A stretch of DNA of 50,633 nt. Origin: Solirubrobacterales bacterium (GTDB taxonomy: Bacteria; Actinomycetota; Thermoleophilia; Solirubrobacterales; 70-9). Each line of letters opens with the position of its first letter. Within the stretch, counting starts at the first letter, position 1. Made by a program: the position numbers and the translations under genes. Of this stretch, positions 31,671-41,062 are shown one piece after another. The notes under the pieces are model-generated. The model saw only the letters and a list, made by a program, of their open reading frames with translations. It had not been told where the DNA came from and did not search any database. Location of the stretch: NCBI GenBank assembly GCA_013821475.1, contig JACDGU010000001.1:1-50633 (forward strand), in the 5' to 3' direction.

Positions 31671-32978
31671 CTACTCGGCGACGAGCGGCAGCAGTGCGCC
31701 CAGCTTGACCTCGGTCTCGGCCAGCTCGGCCGCCGGGTCGGAGCCGGCGACAACGCCGACGCCGGCGAAGAGATGGGCCTCGCGGTCGCGTAGGAGGGCG
31801 CTGCGCAGGGCGACGCAGAACTCGCCGTCCTCGGTCGCGTCCATCCAGCCGACCGGGCCCGCGTACCAGCCGCGGTCCATGCCCTCGAGATCCTCTATCG
31901 CCGCGGCGGCGTCGGGCCAGGGCTCGCCGCCCACTGCCGGCGTCGGGTGCAGCATCCCGGCCAGCTCGATCGCCGAGCGGGGGTCGGCCAACTGGGCGAT
32001 GACCGGCGTCGCCAGGTGCTGGATGTTGGCGACCTTGACGATCTCCGGCGCGGGCGCGGCCTCGACCCAGACGGCGTGGGGACGCAGGGCGCGGACGATC
32101 CGCTCGGCGACGATCCGCTGCTCGCGGCGGTCCTTGTCGCTGCGCAGCAGCTGCTCGCCGAGGTGGTCGTCGACGGCGGGGTCGGAGCTGCGGCGGGTCG
32201 AGCCGGCGAGGGCGACCGTGGAGACGCTGGCGCCCGAGCGCCGGACCAGCAGCTCCGGGCTGGCGCCGATGAAGGCGGCCTCGGGGGTGCCGACGCAGAA
32301 GCAGAAGCAGGCCGGGAACTGGACCCGCATCGCCCCGAACAGCGCCGCCGGGTCGTGGGCGGCGCCGGCGCTGACGATCACCTCGCGGGCGAGGACGACC
32401 TTGCTCATCCCCCCCGCGTCGATCCGGCCTGTCGCCGCGGCGACAGCGGCTTCGAACTCGGCCGGTGGGCGGGCGCTGCGGATCGCGGCGTGGGCGGTCG
32501 GGTGCGGGTCGAGCATCGGCAGCGGTGCCTCACCCCGCAGCCCGGCCAGGCGGGAATCGATCGCGGCACTGCGGCGATCGGCGTCCTCGCCCGGGTTGAC
32601 GACGGCGTTGACGGTGAGGAAGGTCCGCTCGCCGCTGCGGCACAGCGATAGCTCCGGCAGCACCAGCGAGCTCGGCGAGAGCGAGGACCAGGTCGAGGAC
32701 GAGCCGCCTTCGGGGTCGAAGGCGAAGCCTCCCAGCCAAACCGGGCCGGCGCCGGCGGGCAGCCCGCGCGGCTCGTCCCGCACCGCGTCCCCCCCGGTTC
32801 GCATGCACTCGCGGGCGACATCGGCGAAGCGCTGCCGGCCGCGCGAGGCGGACTCGTGGGCGACGCCGAGCCCGGCCAGGGCGAAGTCGCGATCGGGCTG
32901 CTCCCAGCAGAACCAGCGGTCGGAGGCCAGCCGCGAGGCGAAGACCGCAGCGCAGGGATCGCCGACATCGACTTCCAC
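31671..32978 (-). CDS. menF: isochorismate synthase
   Basis: 435 aa chorismate-binding enzyme with C-terminal signature blocks (LHPTPAVGGEP, GWYAGPVGW, FCVALRSAL). Sits in the men cluster. Confidence 0.85.
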   Translation of the reverse strand: MEVDVGDPCAAVFASRLASDRWFCWEQPDRDFALAGLGVAHESASRGRQRFADVARECMRTGGDAVRDEPRGLPAGAGPVWLGGFAFDPEGGSSSTWSSLSPSSLVLPELSLCRSGERTFLTVNAVVNPGEDADRRSAAIDSRLAGLRGEAPLPMLDPHPTAHAAIRSARPPAEFEAAVAAATGRIDAGGMSKVVLAREVIVSAGAAHDPAALFGAMRVQFPACFCFCVGTPEAAFIGASPELLVRRSGASVSTVALAGSTRRSSDPAVDDHLGEQLLRSDKDRREQRIVAERIVRALRPHAVWVEAAPAPEIVKVANIQHLATPVIAQLADPRSAIELAGMLHPTPAVGGEPWPDAAAAIEDLEGMDRGWYAGPVGWMDATEDGEFCVALRSALLRDREAHLFAGVGVVAGSDPAAELAETEVKLGALLPLVAE

Positions 32979-33058
32979 CGTGATGCTGACCTGAGTCCGT
33001 CGTCCCCGGTCAAGGGCCTTCTCGACCCCCGCGTGAACGCGATCTGGGGCGAGGACGG

Positions 33059-33604
33059 CTACTCGGCGCCTCGCGCTATCGCGATCTCGCCGGTGCGGAC
33101 CATTTCGACCAGGCCGTGGGGACGGATCATCCGCTCGAAGGCCTCGATCTTGTCGGCCGAGCCGGTCACCTCGATCGTCATCGTGCGGCGGGCGACGTCG
33201 ACGATCTTGGCCCGGAAGATCTCGGCGAACTGGATGATCTCGGCCCGGTTCTCGACCGCCGAGGAGACCTTGAACAGCGCCATCTCGCGGGCCACCGTCT
33301 CGTCGGGCTCCATGTCGCGGATCTTGAGAACGTTGATGAGCTTGTGCAGCTGCTTGGTCACCTGGTCGATCGGGTGGACGGCGCCGTCGAGGGTGAGCGT
33401 GATCCGCGAGATGCTGGGGTCGTCGGTCGGGCCGACGGCGAGGGTGTCGATGTTGAAGCCGCGACGCGAGAACAGGCCGGCGACGCGGGCCAGGACGCCG
33501 GGCTTGTTCTCGACCTGGATCGAGAGGATGTGCTTGCGGCCGGTCAGCTGACCCGGCAGGTGCAGGTCTTCGAGCTTGACGACCTGTGGAGTTCCGGCCT
33601 CCAT
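33059..33604 (-). CDS. ilvN: acetolactate synthase small (regulatory) subunit
   Basis: Contains ACT and ACT-like domains (HILSIQVENKPGVLARVAGLFSRRGFNIDTLAVGPT). ATG 33604 overlaps the ilvB TGA (ATGA). Confidence 0.9.
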   Translation of the reverse strand: MEAGTPQVVKLEDLHLPGQLTGRKHILSIQVENKPGVLARVAGLFSRRGFNIDTLAVGPTDDPSISRITLTLDGAVHPIDQVTKQLHKLINVLKIRDMEPDETVAREMALFKVSSAVENRAEIIQFAEIFRAKIVDVARRTMTIEVTGSADKIEAFERMIRPHGLVEMVRTGEIAIARGAE

Positions 33605-35301
33605 CAGCGCACCGCCCTCGGCGCCTCGACCATGTCGCGGGCGGCTTCGCCCGGGGCGATCATCGGGTAGACGTTCTCCTCCTGGGCGACGCGGACGTCG
33701 AGCAGGACCGGGCCCTCGGTCTCCAGCGCCTTGACCATCGTCTCCTCGAGGTCGGCGGAGCTCTCGCAGCGCATGCCGGTCGCGCCGAAGGCCTCGGCCA
33801 GCTTCACCCAGTCGGGGCTGGCGCCCATCTCGACCGAGCTGTAGCGGCGATCCCAGAACAGCTCCTGCCACTGGCGGACCATGCCCATGTAGCCGTTGTT
33901 CATGAGGAAGATCTTCACCGGGATCCGCTCGGTGACGCAGGTCGCGAGCTCCTGCACGTTCATGATCAGGCTGCCGTCGCCGGCGAGGCAGACGACCGTC
34001 TCGGCGGGGCAGGCGACCTTGGCGCCGACCGCCGATGGCAGGCCGAATCCCATCGTCCCGAGACCGCCGGAGTTGATCCAGCGCCGCGGCTTGTCGAAGC
34101 CGTAGTACTGCGCCGCCCACATCTGGTGCTGGCCGACGTCGGAGGTGATGATCGCGTCGCCCTGGGTCGCCTTGTGCAGCGTCTCGACCATGAACTGCGG
34201 CTTGATCTCGCCGTCCTTGCCGGGCTCGTAGAAGAGCGGGTGCTCCTGCTGCCAGCCGCGGATCTGGTTCCACCAGGAGTCCAGGCGCGAGGAGTCGGTC
34301 TGCAGCGCCCGGTACTCGCGGGTCAGTTTCGGCAGCACCAGCTTGACGTCGCCGACGATCGGGATGTGGGCGCCGACGTTCTTCGAGATCTCCGCCGGGT
34401 CGACATCGATGTGGATGATCTTTGCGTGCGGCGCGAACTCGGCCAGCTTGCCGGTGATGCGGTCGTCGAAGCGGGCACCGATCGCGACGATCAGGTCGGC
34501 CTTGTCCATCGCCCAGTTGGCGGTAAAGGTGCCGTGCATGCCGAGCATCCCAAGCCAGTTGTCGCCCGAGGCCGGGTAGGCGCCGAGCCCCATCAGAGTC
34601 GAGGTGACCGGGAAGCGGTCGGAGGCGGCGAGCTCGCGCAGCTCCTCGGAGGCGTTGCCGTTGATGACGCCGCCGCCGCTGTAGAAGATCGGCCGGCGGG
34701 CGTTGGCCAGCGCTTTGGCGGCGATCCGGATCTGTTTGATGTTGCCCTCGGTCGAGGGCTTGTAGCCCGGCAGGTCGACCGGCTCGGTCCGCGGCTGGTA
34801 GTCGATGTCCGCCCGCGAGAGGTCCTGCGGGATGTCGAGCAGCACCGGTCCCGGGCGCCCGGTCGAGGCGATGTGGAAGGCCTCGTGGACGTACTCGGGG
34901 ATCTGGCGCGCATCGGTGGCCTGGAAGGAGTGCTTGACGAAGGGCAGCGTCGCGCCGAGGATGTCGGCCTCCTGGAAGCCGTCGGTACCGATCAGCTCGG
35001 TTCGCACCTGGCCGGTGATGAAGACGGTCGGGACCGAGTCCAGCATCGCGTCGGCGATCGCCGTCACCAGGTTGGTGGCGCCGGGGCCGGAGGTTGCGAA
35101 GGCGACCCCGACCCGGCCCGAAGCCTTGGCGTAGCCCTCGGCGGCGTGGCCGCCGCCCTGCTCGTGACGGACCTGGACGTGGCGGAAATCGGCGTCGACG
35201 AGCGCGTCGTAGGTCGGCAGGTTGGCCCCACCGGGGATCCCGAAGACGTCTTTGACGCCCTCGGCCTTGAGCGATTCCATCAGCGTGTCGGCTGCTCTCA
35301 T
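33604..35301 (-). CDS. ilvB: acetolactate synthase large (catalytic) subunit
   Basis: 565 aa ThDP/FAD enzyme (GIPGGANLPTYDAL, GPGATNLVT, GLGTMGFGLPSAVGAK, GDGS...NVQEL). Confidence 0.93.
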   Translation of the reverse strand: MRAADTLMESLKAEGVKDVFGIPGGANLPTYDALVDADFRHVQVRHEQGGGHAAEGYAKASGRVGVAFATSGPGATNLVTAIADAMLDSVPTVFITGQVRTELIGTDGFQEADILGATLPFVKHSFQATDARQIPEYVHEAFHIASTGRPGPVLLDIPQDLSRADIDYQPRTEPVDLPGYKPSTEGNIKQIRIAAKALANARRPIFYSGGGVINGNASEELRELAASDRFPVTSTLMGLGAYPASGDNWLGMLGMHGTFTANWAMDKADLIVAIGARFDDRITGKLAEFAPHAKIIHIDVDPAEISKNVGAHIPIVGDVKLVLPKLTREYRALQTDSSRLDSWWNQIRGWQQEHPLFYEPGKDGEIKPQFMVETLHKATQGDAIITSDVGQHQMWAAQYYGFDKPRRWINSGGLGTMGFGLPSAVGAKVACPAETVVCLAGDGSLIMNVQELATCVTERIPVKIFLMNNGYMGMVRQWQELFWDRRYSSVEMGASPDWVKLAEAFGATGMRCESSADLEETMVKALETEGPVLLDVRVAQEENVYPMIAPGEAARDMVEAPRAVR

Positions 35302-35350
35302 CGGACTGGCGATCCTACCAGCGGCGGCACGCCTGGCCCCAGGCAGGCGC

Positions 35351-36526
35351 CTACGCCTGCGCTGCAGGAGATTTCGCCGGGTTCCAGCGGGTGCGGGGAT
35401 CGATCGAGGACTCGATCGCGTTCCCCTTGTAGCGCTCGATCGTGTGCAGCAGCGACTCGACCAGCTCCTCGCCCAGCAGCGTCGGCTCGAGACCGAGATC
35501 GAGCAGCTTGGTGTGGATCGGGTTGTAGTAGTGCTCTTCCTTCTCCACCCGGGGGTTGTCGTAGTGCTGGATCTCGACCGTGTAGCCGAGGTGCTCGGCG
35601 GCGCCCTTGACCAGCCCGGCCAGCTGCATCACCGAGAAGTGCTCGGTGAACTGGTTGAAGACGCGGAACTCGCCGACCGGGGCCGGGTTGGTCACCGCCA
35701 GCTCGACACAGGCGAGGGTGTCGCGGATGTTGAGGAAGCCGCGGATCTGCTGGCCGGCGCCGTAGACGGTCAGCGGGTGGCCGATCACCGCCTGCAGGCA
35801 GAAGCGGTTGAGCACGGTGCCGAACAGCTCGTCGTAGTCGAAGCGGGTGAGCAGGCGCTCGTCGCCGGCGGTCTCGTCGCTCTCGATCCCGTAGACGACT
35901 CCCTGGTTGAGGTCGGTCGCGCGCAGGCCCCAGGTGCGACAGGCGAAGTGGATGTTGGTCGAGTCGTGGACCTTCGCGCAGTGGTAGAGCGAGCCGGGCA
36001 GCTTCGGGAACGGCAGGTTGTCCTTGCGCCCCTTGTGCTCGATCTCGATGTAGCCCTCCTCGATATCGATGTTGGGCTGGCCGTACTCGCCCATCGTCCC
36101 GAGCTTGACCAGGTGCGCATCGGGGACGTGGTCGCGCATCGCGAAGAGCAGGTTGAGGTTGCCGATCGTGTTCGCGTACTGGGTCTCGACCGCGGTCTCG
36201 CGGGAGATCATCGAGTAGGGCGCGGAGGCCTGCTGGCCGTAGTGGATCACCGCCTCGGGGCGGGTCTCGGCGACGACCTCGTCGAGGAAGTCGCCGTCCT
36301 CGATCGCGCCGACGTAGCTGGGGATGCGCTTGCCGGAGACCTGCTCCCAGGCGTCGATCCGGTCCTCGAGGTCGGCGATCGGCGTCAGCGAGCCGGAGCC
36401 CGCGTCGCGCACCCAGCGGCGCCGGGAGAAGTTGTCGACGACGCTGACCTCGTGGCCGCGGGCCGAGAAGCGGAGGGCCGTCGGCCACCCCAGATAGCCG
36501 TCGCCGCCAAGGATCAGAACTCGCAT
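35351..36526 (-). CDS. sqdB: UDP-sulfoquinovose synthase (SQD1/SqdB/Agl3 family SDR)
   Basis: 391 aa. It matches my recollection of plant SQD1 along the whole length: GGDGYLGW, SAPYSMI, HLVKLGTMGEYGQPNIDIEEGYI, LYHCAKVHDS (the YHxxK catalytic block), WGLRATDLNQGVVYG, GHPLTVYG, EFRVFNQFTE, NPRVEKEEHYYN. Confidence 0.85.
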   Translation of the reverse strand: MRVLILGGDGYLGWPTALRFSARGHEVSVVDNFSRRRWVRDAGSGSLTPIADLEDRIDAWEQVSGKRIPSYVGAIEDGDFLDEVVAETRPEAVIHYGQQASAPYSMISRETAVETQYANTIGNLNLLFAMRDHVPDAHLVKLGTMGEYGQPNIDIEEGYIEIEHKGRKDNLPFPKLPGSLYHCAKVHDSTNIHFACRTWGLRATDLNQGVVYGIESDETAGDERLLTRFDYDELFGTVLNRFCLQAVIGHPLTVYGAGQQIRGFLNIRDTLACVELAVTNPAPVGEFRVFNQFTEHFSVMQLAGLVKGAAEHLGYTVEIQHYDNPRVEKEEHYYNPIHTKLLDLGLEPTLLGEELVESLLHTIERYKGNAIESSIDPRTRWNPAKSPAAQA

Positions 36527-36555
36527 AGGCGCGGCAGCTTAGTTGAATCCGGACG

Positions 36556-37911
36556 ATGGCAAACGGACTGACGGCGCGCAACGGGGGACGATTCGGCCTG
36601 GCTGCCCTGGTCGCGATCCTGCTGCTGGGCGCCGGTTTGCGCGTCGGCGAAGCCTGGGACGGGCGGGCGCCGGTCTACGACGCCGCGGCCTACGCGGCGA
36701 TCGCAAGGAACCTCGACCAGGGCAACGGGTTCACCGTCGGCGCCGGCGCGACCCAGCCCTCGAGCAACTACTCCCCCGGCCTGCCGCTGCTGACGGCGGG
36801 CGTCTACGAGCTCAGCGGCAGCGTCCACGAACGGCTGGCGCGAGTGCTGCTGGCACTGGTCGGCACGCTCTCGGTCCTCTTCGCCTACCTCCTCGGCCGC
36901 CGCCTCTCGCGTTTCCTTAATTCACCTCGCCATAGCGAGGTCAACACTGGAAACGTCGTCGCCGGGCTGATCGGCGCCGCCGCGGTGGCGATCTACCCGG
37001 CACTGCTCGAGTACCAGGGGATGCTGATGAGCGAGCCGCTGGCGGCGTCGCTGCTCTCGGGCGCGGTGCTGGCGATGTTCTGGGCTGCGGCTCGCGGCGG
37101 CCTGCTCCGCTGGCTCCTGCCCGGCATCCTGCTCGGGGCGCTGGCGATGGTGCGACCCGAGTACCTCGGGGTCGCCGTCCTGCTCGGGCTGGTGGTGCTC
37201 GCGCGGGGGCTCCGGGACGACTGGAGCCGTTCGCTGGCCGCGGCGGCGGTCCTGGTCGCGGGGGTCGTCGTCGTGGTCGCGCCCTGGACGATCCGCAACG
37301 CGGTGGCGCTCGACCGGATGGTGCCGATCTCGACCGGCAGCGGGCAGGTGCTGTTCGCCGGCACCTACCTCCCCTCCGACGGCAACCCGGAACGGGTTGG
37401 CGAGGAGGTCGTCGCCGAACATCCCCGGCTCTTCGCCTCAGGCGACGCAGAACGGCTGCGGCTGGAGCAGATCCTGGCGACCCTCGCCGCGCACCGCTAT
37501 CCCGAACTGGAAAGCGACGCGGCGCTCTCGAAGATGGGCAAGGAACAACTCTGGGACGACGTCAGCGAAGAGCCGCTGGAAACGTCCGGCTTCGTCGCCG
37601 CCAAGGTCGGCAGGATCTGGTCGCACGGGCCGCGGGCGGTGATGCGCGAGCCGGTCTGGGAGGCGCTGCACTGGGTACTGCTCGTCCTCGGCCTGCTCAG
37701 CCTCGCCGTGCTCGCCTGGTGCCGGCGCTGGGAGGCGCTGGTGATCGGCGCTGTCTTCCTCGCGATCACCGCGATCAGCGCCCTGCTGGTCGCCTCACCG
37801 CGCCGGGTCCTGGTCCTGGTGCCGCTGCTCGCCGCCCTCGCCGGGAGCGCCACGGTCCGGCTCTGGGCCGAGGCTCACAAGTGGAAGCTCGGTCGCGCGC
37901 CTTCCCAGTAG
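36556..37911 (+). CDS. GT-C fold membrane glycosyltransferase (GT39/PMT_2, ArnT-like), paralog 1
   Basis: 451 aa with at least 9 predicted TM helices. The first-loop acidic/aromatic motif is present (YDAAAYAAIARNLDQGNGF), along with a W..RN motif (APWTIRNAVALDRMVPISTGSG) shared with paralog 2. Confidence 0.75.
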   Translation: MANGLTARNGGRFGLAALVAILLLGAGLRVGEAWDGRAPVYDAAAYAAIARNLDQGNGFTVGAGATQPSSNYSPGLPLLTAGVYELSGSVHERLARVLLALVGTLSVLFAYLLGRRLSRFLNSPRHSEVNTGNVVAGLIGAAAVAIYPALLEYQGMLMSEPLAASLLSGAVLAMFWAAARGGLLRWLLPGILLGALAMVRPEYLGVAVLLGLVVLARGLRDDWSRSLAAAAVLVAGVVVVVAPWTIRNAVALDRMVPISTGSGQVLFAGTYLPSDGNPERVGEEVVAEHPRLFASGDAERLRLEQILATLAAHRYPELESDAALSKMGKEQLWDDVSEEPLETSGFVAAKVGRIWSHGPRAVMREPVWEALHWVLLVLGLLSLAVLAWCRRWEALVIGAVFLAITAISALLVASPRRVLVLVPLLAALAGSATVRLWAEAHKWKLGRAPSQ

Positions 37912-38567
37912 AGGTCGCCGAGCTTGCCGGCGGAGTAGGCGTAGTAGAAGGTCCCGTGGCCGCTGAGGTGGAAGATCGCGCTGCCGGCTTTGTTCGCGGA
38001 GCGGGTCTTGCCGCCGGAGATTTCGTAGCCGTATTCGTCGGTGACGGCGATCTTGACCGGTTCGCTGGTCCCCTTGACGGTGATCTTGACCCGGCCGCCG
38101 CCGAGCTTGGTGACGCTGGTCGAGAGCTGGCGCGAGACCTGGGCTTCGACCGCGGTGGCCGAGACGCCGAGCTTTTCGTCGGCGACGGTTTCGAACTTGA
38201 GGCCGATCCGGCTCGAGGTCTTGACCGGCAGCGAGAAGCTGCCGTTGGCCTTGGCGGTAATCGTCCTGGTCGAGGTCGGTTCGAGGTCGAAGGCGCCTTC
38301 GCCGGCCGGAGTCCAGGAGATGAAGGTGACGGTGATCTTCGCCGCCACCGCCTTGCCGGAGTCGCTGCGGACCGTGCCGGTGACCGTCCGCGGCTTGCCG
38401 ACCGCGGCGGCGCAGAGGACGGTGCCGAGGCTGTCCTGGTTGCGCGATCCCGTGCCGCCGCAGGCGAGCTTGATCGTCGCGGCCGAAGCGGTCGCAGCGA
38501 AGAGGAGGATGCCCAGCGCCGCAAGTGCGGCGAGGAGGGCGAGGCGGTTCAGGCGGGGACGGTTCAT
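37875..38567 (-). CDS. secreted Ser/Thr/Lys-rich beta-sandwich-like protein; function unknown
   Basis: 230 aa starting at ATG 38567, with signal peptide MNRPRLNRLALLAALAALGILLFAATASA. Contains a CarboxypepD_reg-like segment (TVTGTVRSDSGKAVAAKITVTF). Its 3' end overlaps the convergent GT-C gene by 37 nt. Confidence 0.65.
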   Translation of the reverse strand: MNRPRLNRLALLAALAALGILLFAATASAATIKLACGGTGSRNQDSLGTVLCAAAVGKPRTVTGTVRSDSGKAVAAKITVTFISWTPAGEGAFDLEPTSTRTITAKANGSFSLPVKTSSRIGLKFETVADEKLGVSATAVEAQVSRQLSTSVTKLGGGRVKITVKGTSEPVKIAVTDEYGYEISGGKTRSANKAGSAIFHLSGHGTFYYAYSAGKLGDLYWEGARPSFHL

Positions 38568-38642
38568 CCGGGGAGTCTCCTGGCTCGGACGGCGGGACGA
38601 AGGCGGCGGCAGCATATGCGACCCGGATAGCCTGAGCCGCCT

Positions 38643-40013
38643 GTGAGTGCCGTCGCCGACCGGATCCGCGCGCTGTCCCAGCGCCACGGGCGCAGAGTGC
38701 TGATCGCGCTGTCGCTGATCGCCGTGCTCGGCCTCGGCCTGCGCGCCTACGCGGTGGTCGACCCCGTCGCCAACCCGGCCGACGACTCGCACGCCTATTA
38801 CGCGCTCTCCAAGGCGCTCTACGAGGAAGGCAGCTACGGCGGCCCGACCTTCCACGACTCAAGCGACTGGTCGCCGGGCGCGCCACTGCTCTACGCGGCC
38901 GGCTTCTACGCCACCGGCGGGCCGCGCGAAGGCACCGCGCGGATCATCGAGGCGCTGATGGGGGTGGCCGCGATCTTCGTCGTCTTCCTGCTCGGCGAGC
39001 GCCTCGGCGGGCGCTGGGTCGGCCTCTTCTCCGCCTTTGCGGTCGCCGTCTACCCGCCGTTCATCCACTCCACCGGCGAGCTGATGAGTGAGCCGCCGGC
39101 GATTCTCACCCTGCCGGCGGCGGTGCTCGCCTTTCTCTGGGCGAGCGAGCAGGAGCGGCTGCGCGCCTGGCTGGTGCCGGGGCTGCTGTTCGGCCTGACC
39201 GCGATGTTCCGGCCCGAGTACCTGCTGGTCGCCGCCGCCTTCGTCGTCCTTGCCGCGGTCAGGGTCGGCTTCGCCCGCGGTTGGAAGCCGGGACTCGCCG
39301 GCGCCGCGCTGCTGCTGGCCGCGCTGCTGGCGCCGATCGTGCCCTGGACGATCCGCAACGTCGACGTGCTCGGCCGCGTGGTGCCGATCTCGACCGGTAG
39401 CGGCAAGGCGCTCTACGTCGGCACCTACCTGCCGGCCGATGGCGAATACCAGCGGGTCAAGGCGCTGCTCTACGAACGCTACGAAGGCAAGTCGCTGCCA
39501 CCTGACTCCGAAGCGCTGAACGAAGTCAACCCGACGCCGCTCTTCAACCGCGTCGCCAAGGAATACAAGGCCGAACAGGGGGAACCCGACCTGCCGCGCG
39601 ACTCGGCGCTGGGCAGGGTCGGCAAGCAGAACTTCTCCAAGTACTTCGGCGAAGACCCGATGGGCTACCTGGCGATGACGGTGCGCAAGGTCGGGCGGAT
39701 GTGGTCAAGCGGCGTCGGCGCGGCGATGAGCAGCACCCTCGGCCGCGGCATCCAGATCCTGCTGGTGGTGCTCGGATTGGTCGGTTTCGTCCTGCTCGGG
39801 CTGCGCCGGCGCTGGTGGGAGCTGATCGCGCCGGCGACGCCGATCGTGCTCGTCACCCTGGTCGGCGCCGCCTCGCTGGCGGCCCCCCGTCGCAACGAGG
39901 TGCTGATGACGCTCGTCTTTCCGCTTGCCGGGCTGGCCCTGGTTTCCGCGGCCACGGCCATATCCTCCGGTCGCGAATGGTCCCCCAGGCAGGCATCTTC
40001 CCCTCCGAGCTGA
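38643..40013 (+). CDS. GT-C fold membrane glycosyltransferase (GT39/PMT_2, ArnT-like), paralog 2
   Basis: 456 aa with a GTG start. Motifs are DDSHAYYALSKALYEEGSYGG and VPWTIRNVDVLGRVVPISTGSG, and the protein is multi-TM. Confidence 0.75.
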   Translation: MSAVADRIRALSQRHGRRVLIALSLIAVLGLGLRAYAVVDPVANPADDSHAYYALSKALYEEGSYGGPTFHDSSDWSPGAPLLYAAGFYATGGPREGTARIIEALMGVAAIFVVFLLGERLGGRWVGLFSAFAVAVYPPFIHSTGELMSEPPAILTLPAAVLAFLWASEQERLRAWLVPGLLFGLTAMFRPEYLLVAAAFVVLAAVRVGFARGWKPGLAGAALLLAALLAPIVPWTIRNVDVLGRVVPISTGSGKALYVGTYLPADGEYQRVKALLYERYEGKSLPPDSEALNEVNPTPLFNRVAKEYKAEQGEPDLPRDSALGRVGKQNFSKYFGEDPMGYLAMTVRKVGRMWSSGVGAAMSSTLGRGIQILLVVLGLVGFVLLGLRRRWWELIAPATPIVLVTLVGAASLAAPRRNEVLMTLVFPLAGLALVSAATAISSGREWSPRQASSPPS

Positions 40014-41044
40014 CCGCGCTGCGCAGCGCCGGCCTGCTGATCGGCCTGGCGATCGTCGCCTACACCCTCGCTCGCCGCCGCTCGCTGCGCAACGCCGACG
40101 TCCTGATCCTCCTGCTCGCCGGGCTCGGGCTGATCCTCGTCACCGGCACCGAAGCGGTCGACGGCCTGCTCTCGGCCTTCTCCTTCGAAAAGGGCAACGG
40201 CGGCCGCATCCTCGGCCTCGCCGTGTTCGCGATCTTCATCCTCTTCCTGATGATCCTGCGGGCGCTCTCGCAGGCCTCGCGCAACTCGCGCCAGCTCTCA
40301 GCTGCGCTCGAGGGCCTGGCCTGGGAGGAGTTCCGCCAGGCGGGCAACCCGGAGCGCTTCCGCGGCAAGATCGCGATCCTGGTCCCCGCCTACAACGAGG
40401 CCGAAAACATCGGCCAAGTGCTCGACCAGATGCCGGCCGATGTCTGCGGCCTCGCCACCGCGACGCTGGTCCTCGACGACGGTTCGCGCGACGGGACCGG
40501 CGACGTCGCCGTCGCCCACGGAGCGACGGTCGCCCGCCACGTCACCAACCGCGGTGGTGGCGCGGCGCTGCGCACCGGCTACCGGCTGATGGTCGACTCC
40601 GGCGCCGAGATCGTCGTCACCCTCGATGCCGACGGCCAGCACCTGCCCGCGGAGATGGAGAGGCTGGTCAAACCGGTGCTCGACGGCGAGGTCGACGTCG
40701 CCCACGGCTCGCGCGTCCTCGGCCACGCCGACCGCAACCATTTCGCCCGCGAGCTCGGCATCGTCTTCTTCAACCGCCTCGTCTCCTTCATCACCCGCAC
40801 CCACGTCACCGACTGCTCCAACGGCTACCGCGCCGTCCGCACCACCGTCCTGCCGCAGCTGGTCCTGCGCCAGGAGCAGTTCCACACCTCCGAGTTCATG
40901 ATCGAGGCGATCAAGCGGGGGATCCCGGCCAAGGAGATCCCGATCACGGTCGAACAGCGGCTGCACGGGCACTCGAAGAAGCCGGCGGTGTTCCGCTACG
41001 GCGTCGGCTTCGCCAACGCGATCTTCAGAACCTGGCTGCGCTGA
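39977..41044 (+). CDS. GT2 polyprenyl-phosphate sugar synthase-like glycosyltransferase (Ppm1/GtrB/ArnC type) fused to an N-terminal DUF2304-like membrane domain
   Basis: The N-terminal ~95 aa hold three hydrophobic helices and a coiled segment. The GT-A core follows (ILVPAYNEAENI, VLDDGSRDGT, VTLDADGQH). The start is set at ATG 39977 and overlaps the preceding gene by 37 nt; it is uncertain. Confidence 0.75.
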   Translation: MVPQAGIFPSELTALRSAGLLIGLAIVAYTLARRRSLRNADVLILLLAGLGLILVTGTEAVDGLLSAFSFEKGNGGRILGLAVFAIFILFLMILRALSQASRNSRQLSAALEGLAWEEFRQAGNPERFRGKIAILVPAYNEAENIGQVLDQMPADVCGLATATLVLDDGSRDGTGDVAVAHGATVARHVTNRGGGAALRTGYRLMVDSGAEIVVTLDADGQHLPAEMERLVKPVLDGEVDVAHGSRVLGHADRNHFARELGIVFFNRLVSFITRTHVTDCSNGYRAVRTTVLPQLVLRQEQFHTSEFMIEAIKRGIPAKEIPITVEQRLHGHSKKPAVFRYGVGFANAIFRTWLR

Positions 41045-41062
41045 GCGGCCGGGCGGCGGCGA

